Source of the DNA: Raillietiella orientalis | Lineage: Eukaryota | Assembly: GCA_036172245.1 (NCBI GenBank) | Contig: JAYWIR010000017.1 | Coordinates: forward strand, 2,480,001 to 2,544,000 | Length of the DNA stretch: 64,000 bases | Direction: 5' to 3' | Shown here: piece by piece, positions 13,080-26,269 of the stretch | Position numbering within the stretch: the first letter of the stretch is position 1 | How the letters are laid out: every line of letters starts with the position of its first letter | Program-made: the position numbers and the translations under genes | Notes under the pieces: model-generated | Databases searched by the model: none | What the model saw: only the letters and a program-made list of their open reading frames with translations | What the model was told of the DNA's origin: nothing

Positions 13080-13700
13080 GAAAACTCGTCAGCCCTCCCG
13101 GAGACACTGAAGCGGACCTTTTCCGCGATGTCTTCCCACGGGATTTTTCGCCAGTGCGGTTTTGCTGACATCTGGATGCATCCCGGAAATCCGAGACGCT
13201 CGACTATCCGATTCGGGATGTGACCGAAGTCTCAGAGGTTTCGACAGGCCTGCAGGAGGAAGAGGCATCCCGACGTTCTCCGATCTCATGAGTGACAACC
13301 AAGCTGTCCTTTGCAGGTTCGGAATCCGTTGCCAGGTAACGAGTTCGATATTTCAATTCAGGCAAAGGGAGGAGGGCTGTTGGTTCCAACAGCTTTGTGT
13401 GAGCGGCTGCTGGCTGCAATCACCCAAGAGGAGGGTCTTGGAAACCAACAGTCACCCATGCTGAAGAATTGCGCTGATTCAAGGAAAGCGTCACTTGGTG
13501 ATTCAGCATGCTCGCGACGATCAGAGCCGAGGACGATCACCCACCACATTGTTGCCAGTTCTTCTGGAAGGAGAGCAGAATGTTCCAGAGCCAATTGCAA
13601 ACGTAAAGCTCACGGTTTCGAGGAGGCTTCCGACGATCCCTCAGGTGGCTTCAGGAATTTCGAGCGTGCGCTCATTCAGTAGTGGACCTCTGGACTCCCT
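13080..13700 (+). mobile_element. Degenerate Ty3/Gypsy integrase N-terminal relic
   Basis: GLLVPTALCERLLAAITQEEGLG (cf. LVVPxxLRxxLLxxxHxxHxG), with PPGDTEADLFR upstream (cf. PGxxxxADxLSR). Confidence 0.4.
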
Positions 13701-14039
13701 CCTCCACCTTCCTGTGCTCTCAAAAGAGAGACGGCGACAGCTGCTCATGAGGAGGTCGATTCTGTGGGTTCACCTCTCAAAAAATTAGGATGCGTCACCG
13801 AAGGAGCTCTCCAAGGCATCTGTAGTGGTTCTTCGACGCTGTTTGGTTGTAAGTAAAAACATGGCACCTCGTCTCCTAGGTAGTCGGCCTGAAGAGCGAA
13901 CGCCGTAGCAGTCGGGAAAGATCTGGCAAGGAGGAAAGATGGATGCCGATCACACTTTGTTGCTTGCAATTCATGTTGGCGAGGGACGAGAATGAACGAC
14001 GAGGGAGGAGAGGATTGGCCTGTCGCTCTCGTATAATCA

Positions 14040-16300
14040 ACCTCCCTTCTCCACTTTACCCTTATGACGGCGCTAGAGAGGTTGCGTTATCACTACCGGT
14101 GGCCCAGACGGCCATGATGCTTCCGGTATGTAAACCGGAAGTATTGGGCATTCGAGCACGCCATCTCTTTGCAGACGCGCCCCGCCTGCCTCCCAAGGGC
14201 GCTCCACCTCTCACCACACTGCGTCGTTTGCCCGGCCCCGAGCCCCGGAGAACGGAACACCATCACTCGTGCTGCTACGAGGACTCCTGTGGAGCCAATC
14301 CACCGCACTTGCTCGCTCCTTCCGCAGCCTGACCTTTTGGGAAGAAGCCCTCCGTGAAGTTGTCGCAGCGGAGACGGCGACTGTCTTTTCTTAGCCCCGG
14401 AGCACCAGATCCCATCAAAAAAGTTGGCGTCCATCTCCCCCCAGGGACTGGCCACCCAGAAACCACCAGCTCACGTTCCTTGATCCGAGCTACCAGTCCG
14501 TCGCGCGTCTTTTGGGAATCATGGCCGCGTTGCTGGCTTGGTGGCAAAGGGATTTTTTCTAACTCCGGCGGCCGACACCACCAGCGTCACATCAAGCCAC
14601 CCCCCACCCCACCCTCAGCGTCGGTAGGCCGCGACTCTCCTTCATGCAGAAGGTGCGTCGTTTCTCTTTCGTTTCCATTATAATAGACTGATTGTCAACG
14701 GTTCCCTCCATTCGAAGCGAAGTCATAAACGCTGATTTTAAACCATGTGGTGGACACGATGTGGGGTCAGGTCATTCGTGATGCCAAAGCAAGACAGAGA
14801 AAAATGAAAAAAAAAGAATCGCGTCTTCTTTGCGCCTTTGCTGAGTGCTTCTCCTTCCCCTCCATTCCCCCTTATCCAGCCGTCATCTCTCTCGCTGATT
14901 CCCAGCATCCACGACGGATACGATCACGAGCTGCAATAGTGGAGGTCTGCTGCTGCTGCATCGGCAGCCCCTCTCAGTCTGCTTTGTCTGAAGAAAGAGT
15001 CGTACGGAAGCCTCCGCACGAGGCAGCAGAACCGACGCCGACGCCACAGGAAGGACGTTCACCGTCTGCAGCTGCTGTGCTTTGTATCCCAAACTTGCAT
15101 CTTCGATCCCTGCAAGCGCTCTCACCGAAAGCTACGAACCACTGGGGATGCGCGGCGGCCCGCGTTGCGCACACGGTTGCGGCAGCGCTGGGCAATCCCC
15201 GCACTCATGGAGAGCTGTGGAAGATCGAAACGGATGCGTAGAGTCAGGCTGCTCATGTTAGAGGATGAGTCCGCCCATGCCTCGAGCGCATTTCGGTCAA
15301 AACTTCTGCTGCACGAAAGAAGTCAGTCGAGGGGCCATCCACCATTCCCGCCATCAGGCCGCTCAATCAGGAGCTGGATGAGAGCTGTTCATCTGGACCG
15401 GCAACCCGGAAGATGCGATCTGCGAGTGCGCCTCGGCGGTGTTACATACTGACACTTCGAGTTTCCTGCTTGCGCCCGAGTTCTCCGACCGCCCCGTCCC
15501 GTACTCCCGAAGGTCCCGCTGCCGACTCTGTCCCGCGGAAAGCGGCGACAGCTCCCAGCTTCCGATGACTCTGCAAGGCTCGTACGTGGTCGGGGCGGCA
15601 TTGGGCGTGGGCTCCTCCAGTTCCGCAGCATTTTCCATCAGAAGGATAATTCTCGGTTGGCACCCCTGGTACTCTCTGACCGCAGGTCGTTCGTTGTCCT
15701 TCCCTCTGATCTTGTTGACCAGTTGTTGGTAAAGAAACTGTTGGATTCCTTCCTCACGCCACGGGGGGCGAGGAGTGGCCTCCACGGTGACCACCGGCGT
15801 TCAGGAAGTGACTTTGCGCCCACCTCGTCCGACGCAGGGCGCGGCATCCCTCCTGATTTGGGTGCGCTCAACGAGGGGGCGGCACACCGCCCGCGCCGCA
15901 GAGCGCGCGCCGAAGGACGTCTTTTAGAGACGAACCCACCGAAGTCCTCCTTGCAGAAGAGGGATCCCGGAGCGGAATGACGCGAAATATCGCAGCGTCG
16001 GGGCTAGAAAAAGCGAGATGTTCCTCCTTTCTTCTTCCATCTCGCCCCAAGGGCTGAAAAATTAAGACAAGGTCTCCTACTCCCCTCCCCTCCCCATTTC
16101 TGGCCATCAGGTGGTCGCGCTGCAGGAAGCGGAAGACGCACGGCAAAAAGAGGAACCGCCGCGGCGCGGAGCGAATCGCGCGGGGTTTCCACTCGCTCGA
16201 AATTCTATCGATCTCGTTTTCCGGATGCCGGGCGGGCCGGACACACGCGGGGGGAAGGTTCACTCCGAATTTGATGAACACCACGCAGGCAGGAGGCCCG
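14040..16300 (-). mobile_element. Degenerate Ty3/Gypsy element relic (gag knuckle, integrase piece, possible polypurine tract)
   Basis: Minus strand: KCQY/CN..RRGALADRIFR near 15460-15410 (eroded CCHC-like); TRDGLVARIKERELVVSGWP and PSPLRQLHGG near 14510-14345 (cf. pre-integrase GWP and LRxxLHxGH); purine run AGTGGAGAAGGGAGG at ~14055-14041. Confidence 0.35.
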
Positions 16301-16591
16301 TCAGTTCGTTAGCGAGGAAGCAGCGGTCATGGGAACGGTGGATGGCACTCGTGCTGCTGCCGCTCCCCGAGCAAAGCAGACTGTCACCTACTTTCGGCAG
16401 GAGCGGACGGGCGCATCGATCTTCGAGTGCACTGGAGGGAGTGCAGAATCGGCATGCTTTTAGGTGACTGTGTTTCTCACATATATATATATACATACAT
16501 ATTAATGTTAGCAAATATGCATGTCAAAATAAACTTGCATATATGTAAACATATACAGCAAACAGATAGATAGATAGATTTGGTGACCAGA

Positions 16592-16633
16592 GTCGAAATC
16601 TCGAAGGATTTGGAAAGCTTTCGAGATTTCGAC
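16592..16633. repeat. Perfect inverted repeat, 14-bp arms, 14-nt loop
   Basis: GTCGAAATCTCGAA ... TTCGAGATTTCGAC read directly. Confidence 0.95.
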
Positions 16634-17160
16634 GTTCGAGATTTGGGTCAGCACCGCAGTGGAACTGGAAACGGGAATCTCTCTGGGCGCGTCTGCGGCT
16701 TACCGTGTGGTGCCTTTTTTTGCTATCCCAAGTTTCCTTGTGGGATCGGCTTGTGCCGAGGAGAGCGGAAAGCCTCGGCGAGTCCTCGATTTTGGGCCCG
16801 CGGCGAGCGAACCAACAGAACCAACCAGCGAACCAACTTGGTTCTCCACCAGTGAACCCCGAAAATGCGCGCGGTGGCCACCATGTGCACGCCGAAGATT
16901 CATGGTTGATGATGGCGCCATCTTTTCGGCTTGTGGCCGGCATCATAACCGTCGGATGCAATTCGGCGCAAAGTGCCTCCCTTGTGTTTCAGCTGGTCCG
17001 TTGGTATTCAGGAGATTTCTCGAAACCGAGCTCCCAACCGCCGTTGCGACGTAAGAACCGAATGCCTGATCGGTCCCGAATTTTCGGAATTTCCCCGTCC
17101 CGTCTTGCGAATTATCCTTGCGGGAAATTCATGAAAAAAAATATATATATATATTTTAAA

Positions 17161-17630
17161 CCCTTTGAGTGCTATGGATGCAGATATGTGTCTGTCGAAT
17201 GCTTTTGCCTTGTACACGCGGCAAAAGTCAGCACTGCCCACGTTTGAGATGGACGCGCATACTCACGTTCTTATCATTCCCTTGGAAACGACAGTAAACA
17301 AAATTCTATTTATATCCGCCAAGTATTCTCGGTTTTTCTCGGTGGAGCATACAATTTATTGTATTACTTTTTATCTTTGTGGTATCTTGAAAATGTGAGT
17401 GAATTATTGATTTTCTTGGAATTATTCTGGGAAAAGTGAAAATGCTTTATTTAATGTGGTGTAAATAAACAATTACAATAGTAACTCTGATCAGCACTAC
17501 GTAAGATCAATCGGTACCTCGATCGAGCACGTGGCGAGACAAAAAGAGTTCCGTCTTCAGAGGTCGCCACGGCGACTCGCGTGCCGCCAACACACAATGT
17601 TTAAATCTGATGAGGTCCGCACCCACAGGA
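17161..17630 (+). mobile_element. piggyBac-like non-autonomous element (MITE), copy 1
   Basis: Starts TTAAA|CCCTTTGAGTGC and ends GCACCCACAGGA|TTAA; both terminal segments align to the reverse complement of 45635-45977. TTAA|CCC...GGG|TTAA is the piggyBac end signature. Confidence 0.75.
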
Positions 17631-17659
17631 TTAATATCAGCTCATCACTTCTGATGGTT

Positions 17660-17990
17660 TAGCCTTCTTCTGACTGCTCAGGATTACTCCGTGGTGGACG
17701 TTTGGGATATTTCACAACAGGAATCCTGAAATTCCATCTGTTGTTTATTCCGACGGTGATCAGGCACCCCAAAGCACGAGGTTCGAATTCTGCTAATGTT
17801 TCGTCTAAATAGTCTAGATCGAATATGGGATAGCACTGCGTCCTCCGCGACAGGCAGGAATTCTTCTCGTTTGAAACGTGAATCAGAAATGTGACCATTC
17901 GCCTCCATTTAACATTCGTGGCTGTTGGGGGAACTTTTGTTACACCCTTAATATTCTTTCGTGAAACAGTAATTTTTTCCATCATGCAAT
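17660..17990 (-). mobile_element. Possible Gypsy RT core relic
   Basis: KVPPTATN...LDYLDETL (cf. MPFGLxN...YLDDIL) in ORF 17659..17985; weak. Confidence 0.25.
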
Positions 17991-18234
17991 TTGAGGAATG
18001 TCATTTGATGCTGAATAGCATATCCAGGAAGCTAGCGGCCATTCCTTACTTCCCAGCAACAAAACCATGTGCTTCGGCGCCCCACATCCTCCGGCGATGC
18101 GCTGGAAGCGCAGGACTGCTGCCGCACAGTCGGCATAGGATGACTGCGTTTAGTTACCCCCGAGGCATCTGTCCTCACTTCCGGTAGCTCACTCGAGGAT
18201 CTCCTGTCGCCCCAGAGACGGGAGTCTTGGGCTG

Positions 18235-18890
18235 CTACTTTGGAAATGCACCCAGAAGAACTGCGTGCTCTGCGGAAACTCCTATGCGAACCGCGGGGAT
18301 ATCTCCTGCAGGATTCGACGGAGTAGTCCCGGATAGCCGCGACACCTTTTGCCGCAGCACCGTCCGCCCACAGAGCAACCGATGACAGCAGCCGTCCGGT
18401 GGGGTGGGACTTCTTCCGCGGATTGCAGGAGTCGAAACAGTCCTCGACGGCTGCAAGACGGAGCGATTTAATGATCGCCGCCACTCCTCGTTTACGGGAA
18501 AAGGGACTCTTTCGTTGGAGTGAATTGTTCGACGTGCCTCCCGAAGAACTCGTGGTCCCTCCCTCGTGCATGGACTTGACAGTTCTCCCGTTGTCCTGTT
18601 GTTTCCGCGCTGGGGACTGCAGGTGCAGACACCCGGTTTCCGGGGAGAGTGGCCTTCCTCGAACCGTTCCAGGAGTGTTCCGGTTTCCTGTTGGACTGCG
18701 GTGCCCTGCAGGACATGTGACAGAGACTCCCTTCGGCGGTCTTCCATCCGGAGGGCACCGCTTTGGACTCACTGTGGCGCTTCTTCATCTATGACGGGCT
18801 GAAGACGACCGTTGCGATCGCAACCATTTGGTTGTGATCACAGCCACCGCGTCATGTGTTGGAGTCTCGTCCGTAGAGAAGGGAGGCCAC
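18235..18890 (-). mobile_element. L1/Tx1-like ORF2 3' relic (zf-RVT-like), copy 1
   Basis: KRCP..RRESLSHVLQG (cf. CxxCxxxESLxHLLxxC) then ARRTIHSNER; 18611-18870 is homologous to 20745-20975. Confidence 0.5.
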
Positions 18891-19149
18891 TGACATGGCA
18901 CCGCCTTCATGAGGACAGCTCCAAGGTGGCCCCATCTTCCAGAAAAAGTCGTCTGTGAGATCGCCACCATACACAGCCGCTTCTAAGAAGAAGGCAACGA
19001 ATGAAACCGAAGATCACTAAGTGTAACCCCTGAGAGACCGGGTAAAGCTAAAAAATCAATAATTCCGCTGCATCACTCAAAATTTTAAAATGTATTAACA
19101 AAATTCTGTTCCTCCTTGCCCTAACTAAATATGTAGCAGGAATTCTTGA

Positions 19150-20480
19150 AGAGCAGAAGAACTACAAGAGTTTACAGAAAAGTTGTTTTCTGATTAAAGG
19201 TTTCATCTAATTTGTCGGAGGTCATTCCAAGTTTGAAGAATTCCTCCGACATCTTTGAAGCAGAATCCTCAGCTTCCGAAAGATTTTGGCAGAATGTTGG
19301 TCAAGTGCTTGAAGCTTAGATACTAATTTCTTCCCTTTTTCTTTAGACCATCATTTACAGCTCATCCTTTGAAGATGTTCTGGGTTACTTTTCAGACTCC
19401 GTACCAACACTCACTAAGCTTGACCCAAACCAGAAGTGTTCTGCCGCAGTGTGCATTTCATTTTTTCATTTGTGTTAAAAAAAAGGGAAATCTAATGAAT
19501 CTTTTCCTTTGGAACTGAAAGGAAAAAAAAAAGTCAATAGTCTAATGTGACTTTTTAATATTGCATTATGAACAATTCCTGAAACGTATTCCAAGTGAAC
19601 TCCATGGAGTGGGTGGTACAATTCAGGGTTCATATCCTTCAAGATTCCATGCCGACTTTCATAGTGAGCAAGATTACATGCTCACTATGAAAGTCCTCCA
19701 CATCGGTCTTTCTAAAAAATGTCACAATATTTCTTAGAAGGAAACGGTTGATCTAACACTGGAGTGTGCGCTCATCTTTCTGTGTTAGATAATCAGATCA
19801 TTGTTTTGGGAGAAGCAAATAGCCAAAGGTGTTCACATACTGGCTTCAACGATGGGCAACATTTCACTCACAATGAACAAAGAACAATATGTCATTTAAG
19901 TTCATATCTGTTTTCGAGCAAAGAAGGAAACGGATATGCATAGTTATCAGAACCTTAATGAATCCCTCTTATATACTGAGGATGAACATTCGATCATTCC
20001 CTTTTTCAGGAAAGTAAAAAATGCAGAATACATGACATTTGTTCTGCAAATTTGCTTCTTGCTCGTCCTGTACATGCTTTCCGGATCATGTAATAAACGA
20101 ATCCCCACAAAATAAGAAATCTTCGGATCGCAAACTTTCCGAAATTCAACATCAGTTAGTTTCCTTCATCTCAAGGAATTTTGTTCTCAAAATAAGAGTT
20201 CGTACTTTGAAGCTTTATTGATGAAAATGAAGGCATTGCTTATCTTCCGGAAGACGAGCTCTTTCTGACGAATATATCACATGAAATCCGTTTCCAACGG
20301 GAAAAGTCACGAATGTAGACGGATTCCTCTGTTCCAGAAACATTTCCAGCAACTCTGAGCAGTCAAGCAACGGTACCTTCAACTGTTTCCCAAATGTTCC
20401 ACGTGGAATGAGTATGACCATCGAGCTTTCCTTTTCCATTCGGAAATAATCACAGCAGAAACGGAAGCTCAGCAATCGAA
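19150..20480 (-). mobile_element. Degenerate non-LTR RT relic
   Basis: KESSMVILIPRG...VPLLDCSELLEMFL (cf. WKxAxIxLIPKxG...RPISLLxxxxKxxE) and, downstream, LSFKHLTNILPK (cf. LxFxxHI). Confidence 0.35.
19654..19695. repeat. Perfect inverted repeat, 17-bp arms, 8-nt loop
   Basis: GACTTTCATAGTGAGCA-AGATTACA-TGCTCACTATGAAAGTC read directly. Confidence 0.97.
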
Positions 20481-20744
20481 ACGAGCCTTCTTGAAGTGCC
20501 CCCGACGACGTACGTGCGTCTTAGAGCGCATGGCTAGTGGTCACCAGAGTTACGACGTAAGAGCAAACACGACAGAGAAAATGTGTTGCGCATCCAGCGC
20601 CTACCTAGCACACGTGCTTTTTCGACTCGAATTCGGAATATAAGACTGTGGTGGACAACACAATATGGCATTTAGAAACACCCATCTCTGGAATATTCTT
20701 GATACGTTGGCTTGTGGATGCTAATATAACTAGGCGATGTTCGG

Positions 20745-20995
20745 TGGGGACTGCAGGTGCAGGCACCCAGTTTCCGGAGGAATGGCCTCCCCCGAACGGT
20801 TCCAGCAGTGTTCCGGTTCCTGTTGGACTGCGGTGCCCTGGAGGATACGTGGCGGAGACTCCCTTCGGCAGCTGGCCACCCGGAGGGCACCGCTGCGGCT
20901 CTTCTTCACCCAAAGCGGGCGATCGCAACCAGATGGTTGCGATCGCAGCGCATGTATTTTCGACTCGCGTCTCATGTTCGACCAAGAGGAAAGTG
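20745..20995 (-). mobile_element. Second copy of the L1/Tx1-like 3' fragment
   Basis: Same-orientation homolog of 18611-18870 (roughly 80% by eye); shared block TGTTGGACTGCGGTGCCCTG...GAGACTCCCTTCGGC. Confidence 0.7.
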
Positions 20996-23195
20996 CTCAT
21001 CGGGGAACATTTACACGAATCCAAGGCAGCCGTGCGCAACGGCAAAGATGTCATTTGATCATTTGATCTCCCGCTTCCAAAAGCTTGCCGCAATAAGTCG
21101 GTTTTGTCACGTGTGTACATTTTCGTTCGAGCATGCTTCAGGTCTTCTTCAACCCTTGCTTTCTAAATGATTCAGTTGGTTTTGCCATCTGACTTTAGCT
21201 CAGCACTAGCTCGTTGTCACTGGAAGCTGCGTACTTGAGTTCTGTTGATCAAGCGCTGGGGACTCCGAGTTTTGAGGATGGCTTGGTTCTTGCTTTACAT
21301 GTTCCTGTTGCTCACTAAAATGCCGTAGGTTTGGAATAAGATTGCATTCATACTTAGTTGTCCCCGAATGCAAGATGGAAATAATTTCTCACACATGGAT
21401 TCGTGAGATATGTTTATTCTTATATAAATAAGAACATGGCACATAAGTGCCATGTCCGGTGAAGTGTCACCCTTATAATTCAATGGAAGCGTTCAGTTTT
21501 TGTAGAAGCGTTCGAGTGCAATTGCAGATTTCGGAGAAAAAAATAATCCAAGATGTCCACTCAAGTACATTTTTTATACGAACACGAATATCTGCTCGTG
21601 GACATTTGTTTCGTATCTTCTCTTTTTGCTTTGCATCTTACGAAATAATTTGAAATGCGTTTAAAGTGCCTTGTGTGATTTTAAATATCAGGACCGGGTA
21701 AGTAATGCTCCTAGGTCATGTGTTTTGGCACATCATCGAGCAATCTTTAAGTATTATCCATGTTTTGCTTTCAGTTTTCTTTTTTTGGAAAAGGGGTTTC
21801 GTAGGATGAGGAATAAGCCATGTTTAGAACGGCTCATAAAAGAAAGGAAACTGAGCTTCCTATTCGAGAGAAGAGGAAGTTATTTGCATGCTTCTTAATT
21901 ATTCACATAAATTTTAGTTGATCTGGAGGCTGGAACGCTTTTGAAAAGGAATCGAGACTCTCAAGGGTGGCTGGGAAGAATCAAGAACTTGCAACTGGGG
22001 TGTGAAAGCAAGGAAGTTTCTACCAAGAAGAAAGTGAACTCGAGGGAAACCACTGTTACTTAAGATATGGAGCACACAAAAAAGACGTTGGAACTTCAAG
22101 AGGATGCTTTCAACATCAGCATCCGGCCAATGCTGAAATTACGAAGTGTTCTAAAGATAGAATCTATTTACCTCTAAATGTGATCATTGGTACTGTGGTA
22201 ATAAGCGTGACATTGCGACAAACAAATCCAGATTTTTTCATTCACAGATGTGTTTGAGCATAAGCGCACTCATGTAGGAGACGACCGGATTTCTGATGAC
22301 CTGTTCGGTCCATGCCTTCGAAACTACGCTCTTGGTCCATTTGACACCGGCTCACCAAAAGCTACCAGATAACTCCTATATGTTTTATGAGACTCTTGGA
22401 ACGGCTGGCATCTTTAAATGAATTACGCTGGAGCATTAGAATTCCATGGAATGCATTCATCACAGAGCTGATAAAATTTATCGAAACAAAACGGACAATT
22501 GTCAAAGAGGGATGCACTTTTATTCTATGAAAGTCAATATTCATGCGTCTTATTGTATATTATTGAACAGTCTGTACATAAATAAAAACGTGCCTTTGTT
22601 TTTTAATCAGGTCGATTTTGGAATGCAGTATCTTGAAACTTGCTAATTAATTTTTTTTTTTTTTGCCACAGCTTCTGAGCATTTGTCTCGCTGAGTGTGT
22701 GAAAAGAGTCAGGATGGTTTTCGAACATTCCTATGATATGCATCCGAAGCAATTCGAGCAAGTCTGGATGAGAGAAAGCGTCCTCAGGGAAGAACAAGGA
22801 GCAAAACCAAAAACCGAAAGTATGGACCTGGGAAAACCAGGCTCTTCAGCAGCAAACGGAGTTTCATCTAGGGTCGTGTCCGTCCGTTGCGAAGTACCTC
22901 GAAGCTGCGCTCTCTAGCAACCGATTCATAGGGACTCTACTCCAAAACGTGATAGCAGCTTGAGTATCATGTCGTCTACATCCTTGCAATCGCCGAGCGC
23001 AAAGCGTACTTTTGTAAAATACCACTAGAAATATTCAGTTCTTCTTTATTTTGGGTGCTGGAACGCGTTGCAAAATTCCTATCCATTCATTCGTGATGAG
23101 AGTTTGCAACAGAAGCAAAACTAAAGCGCATTCATGAATGATTTTTTGTTCTATCTAAGAAAAAAAAAAACTGCAGCGGATTGGAACAAGAGTTG

Positions 23196-23960
23196 TCATC
23201 CAGTTGAAAAAGAAAATGGCGAGAAAGCAGACCGAGGATCGGTGGTGATTCCATGGCAACCACTTATGAAAGTCTGAATGAAAGGATGATTAAAAAAGTA
23301 ATTACTGGAATTAAATTCATGGAACAAGTGATCGCCGCTTCTTGTGGGTTGCTGGGTAGGAATGCAACTTTGCCCGTAAATACCGATGTATAAAGAAAAC
23401 TTGTCACCGAAAAAGAGCCAGATGTCATCCCCCGCCGAAAAGCTTCGAGATTTTGCTTTTTGGTTCCATGGAAGAAGAAACATTGAAAAAAGGGGTGAAT
23501 TAAAAACTGAATTTGAAGATACTGAATTCATTACCTTTATGAGGAATTGATTTTAATGACATACAAGGGTTCTGCCTTTTTTATTTATCCTGCCATGGCG
23601 TACTTGACACCACTGATAAATAATAATACATAGCTCAATCGATTTCAAAATTAGCAGTAGACCATGAAACGAGACTTCCTGCAGATGACTTTAATGGTAG
23701 CCGATATTTGATTCAATAATTCTGAAGGTTCCTCCATGCAGTTCTTTTTCGGATTTTGGCCGGTATCCCGATCCACATCCATTCCAGTCGATGAAGATGT
23801 ATTTGTAGAACAAAAAGCGGTTTCCAGATTTGATCCTCAGGGCTCATTGCTCGGTGTGCGTCGTAGGAGAAAGACAAATTCCGATTTTCTCAGTTCCTCG
23901 CAACCTCGTTTCCCACAAGAGCGACAGTTCGTAATTGAAATGACGGCTGCCTATTCGAAT
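23196..23960 (-). mobile_element. Degenerate non-LTR RT core relic
   Basis: VSSNSVFNSPLFSMFL...SAGDDIWLF...EFNSS (cf. GVxQGSVLSPxLF...YADD...FNxxK); ISITNC upstream. Confidence 0.5.
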
Positions 23961-24099
23961 ATTAGGGGCTGATTAACCAATACCCCAATTCCATCCCAAT
24001 TGAATATGAATCGGATCCCTGAATGCTCGAAATTAGGGAAAACTTACTGCGTTTCGAGAGTGAGGATGGACGCACCTTAGAAGAGCTTCATCCAGTGAG

Positions 24100-25100
24100 A
24101 ATCGTGTGGCATGGCGGAGCAGCAGCAAACTAGAAATTCTCGATCGGCAGAGTGCGTTTCCAAGGAGAATCTGGTAACCATACGGGCTACCGAAAGCGCT
24201 GCATCCTGGCGTACTGACCGTGTTCGCGCTGCATCTCTGCAATGTACCAGATCAGCAAGAAGACACCGCGCAGCAAAAGTGCGACTCGCTTTGCGTCTGC
24301 AGCCACGATCTTGGCAAATTGAACAGAACATCTGAGGTCTACGAGGTGGTGATGACTCGTCGGCAGGGGAACGCTGCGTCCACAGAGGATCTGGATGAAT
24401 AATTTGCTTTTTCCATGTAGGAAACCTAAGGGACCACACTTCGGAGGGAACCATCACCATCCTCGCCTCGAGCGGCAACTTTTTTCCGTTGGAATCCACC
24501 CTCCTTCTCTCCTCCCGTATCCCACCTCCAGCTTCTGACCGCAGGAAGATGAATCTCCCGTGTCCTCCCGGCTGGAACGAACGAGCAGAAGAGGTTTCTG
24601 TCGATTACTTCTTCCCCGTCTTCTGCACAAATTCCCAATGTGATTGCAAATTTCGCTATGTACATCCAGGTTGTGACCATCGTCGCACATTCGAACAATT
24701 TCAACGATTCTTCCGGTGATGAAAGTTTGTACGGAAATGAGCACGATGCTCAGTAGCCGCACACTCCAAGGGACAGCTTCTTGGGAGATTTCTCAGAGAA
24801 TCGAAGCCGGTGGCACAACGAAGCTCTGGTTTTCGCGCCATGAGTTCCTTCCAGCTTGAATAGGCGTTCATAAGTGGATTTTGCAGTTCACATTGTGTGC
24901 TGTGCATCACGAAGACCAGGAGGAAGCCATGATGACCGACCGAAGGCTAAGATTTCAGGTAACCTGTTGTGAAAGAAACAGCGCGTCGTCGTTGCTGCGA
25001 GGGAATCTCTGCGCACAGAAAACGATGGCCGAAAAGCGTAAGAGTGGATGCTTCTGCGACTCTGACTGCAGAGCGGCAAGTGGTTCTCAGACCGGCATTT
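24100..25100 (-). mobile_element. Possible non-LTR RT relic
   Basis: LVFVMHSTQCELQNPLMNAYSSW and EVIDRNLF resemble post-YADD RT segments; weak. Confidence 0.25.
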
Positions 25101-25698
25101 GCCGCGTGCTCGGCATTTCGAGTTTCCCTTAGGAACACACCCGTGAAGACCTGAGCATGAGAATCTGATAAAAGTTCGCCCAGAAGCAGTACACATGTCC
25201 ATCGATTATCTGGAGAGGAAACGTGTGCGATCAACGATTTTCGAATTTCTGCTTCTTCTCCTCCCCCCTTGCCCTCTCCCCCCCAAAAGTAAAAAAAAAA
25301 AAAAAAACGCAAACGGAAAAAATAAATGCGAATCGACAACTGACATCGTAACAGCAAACGCATCATTTGTCATCAGCATCTTTCAAATGCCCAGTAGGAA
25401 GCAAGTTGATGTACTTGACAGACTCGTTCCAAATGTGTACATCTTAATGAAGGAAAACGAAGCTTCGCTCTTTCTAGAAGCAACCTGCCATTAATCTTGT
25501 TTGAAGGGGATGCAAGCAAACATTTGGTAGTTGTGATGGACAGTAAACAATACATTTTTCTTTTTTCTTTAGAATTTCGATGCTAACAAGCCAGCACAAC
25601 CACCATCTTTCTGACATCACGTAACACATGAGAGCATGAGAACAGGAAAGGAGTCAATACTCGCAATTACCGTGTGCCTACGACACATTTTGAGTAGA

Positions 25699-25736
25699 AG
25701 GCTTCTCACAGGGACAACCGTCCCTGTGAAAAGCCT
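25699..25736. repeat. Near-perfect inverted repeat, 17-bp arms (1 mismatch), 4-nt loop
   Basis: AGGCTTCTCACAGGGAC-AACC-GTCCCTGTGAAAAGCCT. Confidence 0.93.
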
Positions 25737-26269
25737 CCAGAAGAGCAGACAAGCCACATTCCATACCCCAGAGCGATGTCCACGTCTAGCTTGCTGAAAT
25801 TGCATTGCATTGTGTTGCACTCAGCACAAGTCCGTTTAGCTGCGGAGAGAAACGAGAATGTCCGGAACGGCGTCTCCTCCCCCGGACTTCCTTACTTCAG
25901 AGTAGGCCGTAGGTGCAAGAGAGACACCCAGCTCGGCAACATTTCCGCCTACTGCTCGGAAGCCGCGTGTGCTCGGAAGCCAGGGTCAGAGCTGATTAGT
26001 AGAATCTCTCGAATAGCAGGTTAGTGGATGGACCGCTGCGGAAACACCTTTCCAGGATTGGTACAATTAGGCAGCACATGCACGCGTTGCGAACGCCTGG
26101 AGGTCCCTTGAAGAGCCGACGCCCTCGGATTCCTGCCTTACTTCTTACGCGCAAGCAGTTGGAATGAGGAGTTGAAACCAGGCTGGTCCATGTAGCAGGC
26201 ATCTCCCTGCTTTATCATCTGGTGCAGAAGCACGGAGCATTCTTGCAGCAGCCTGGGAACGTACTGATC

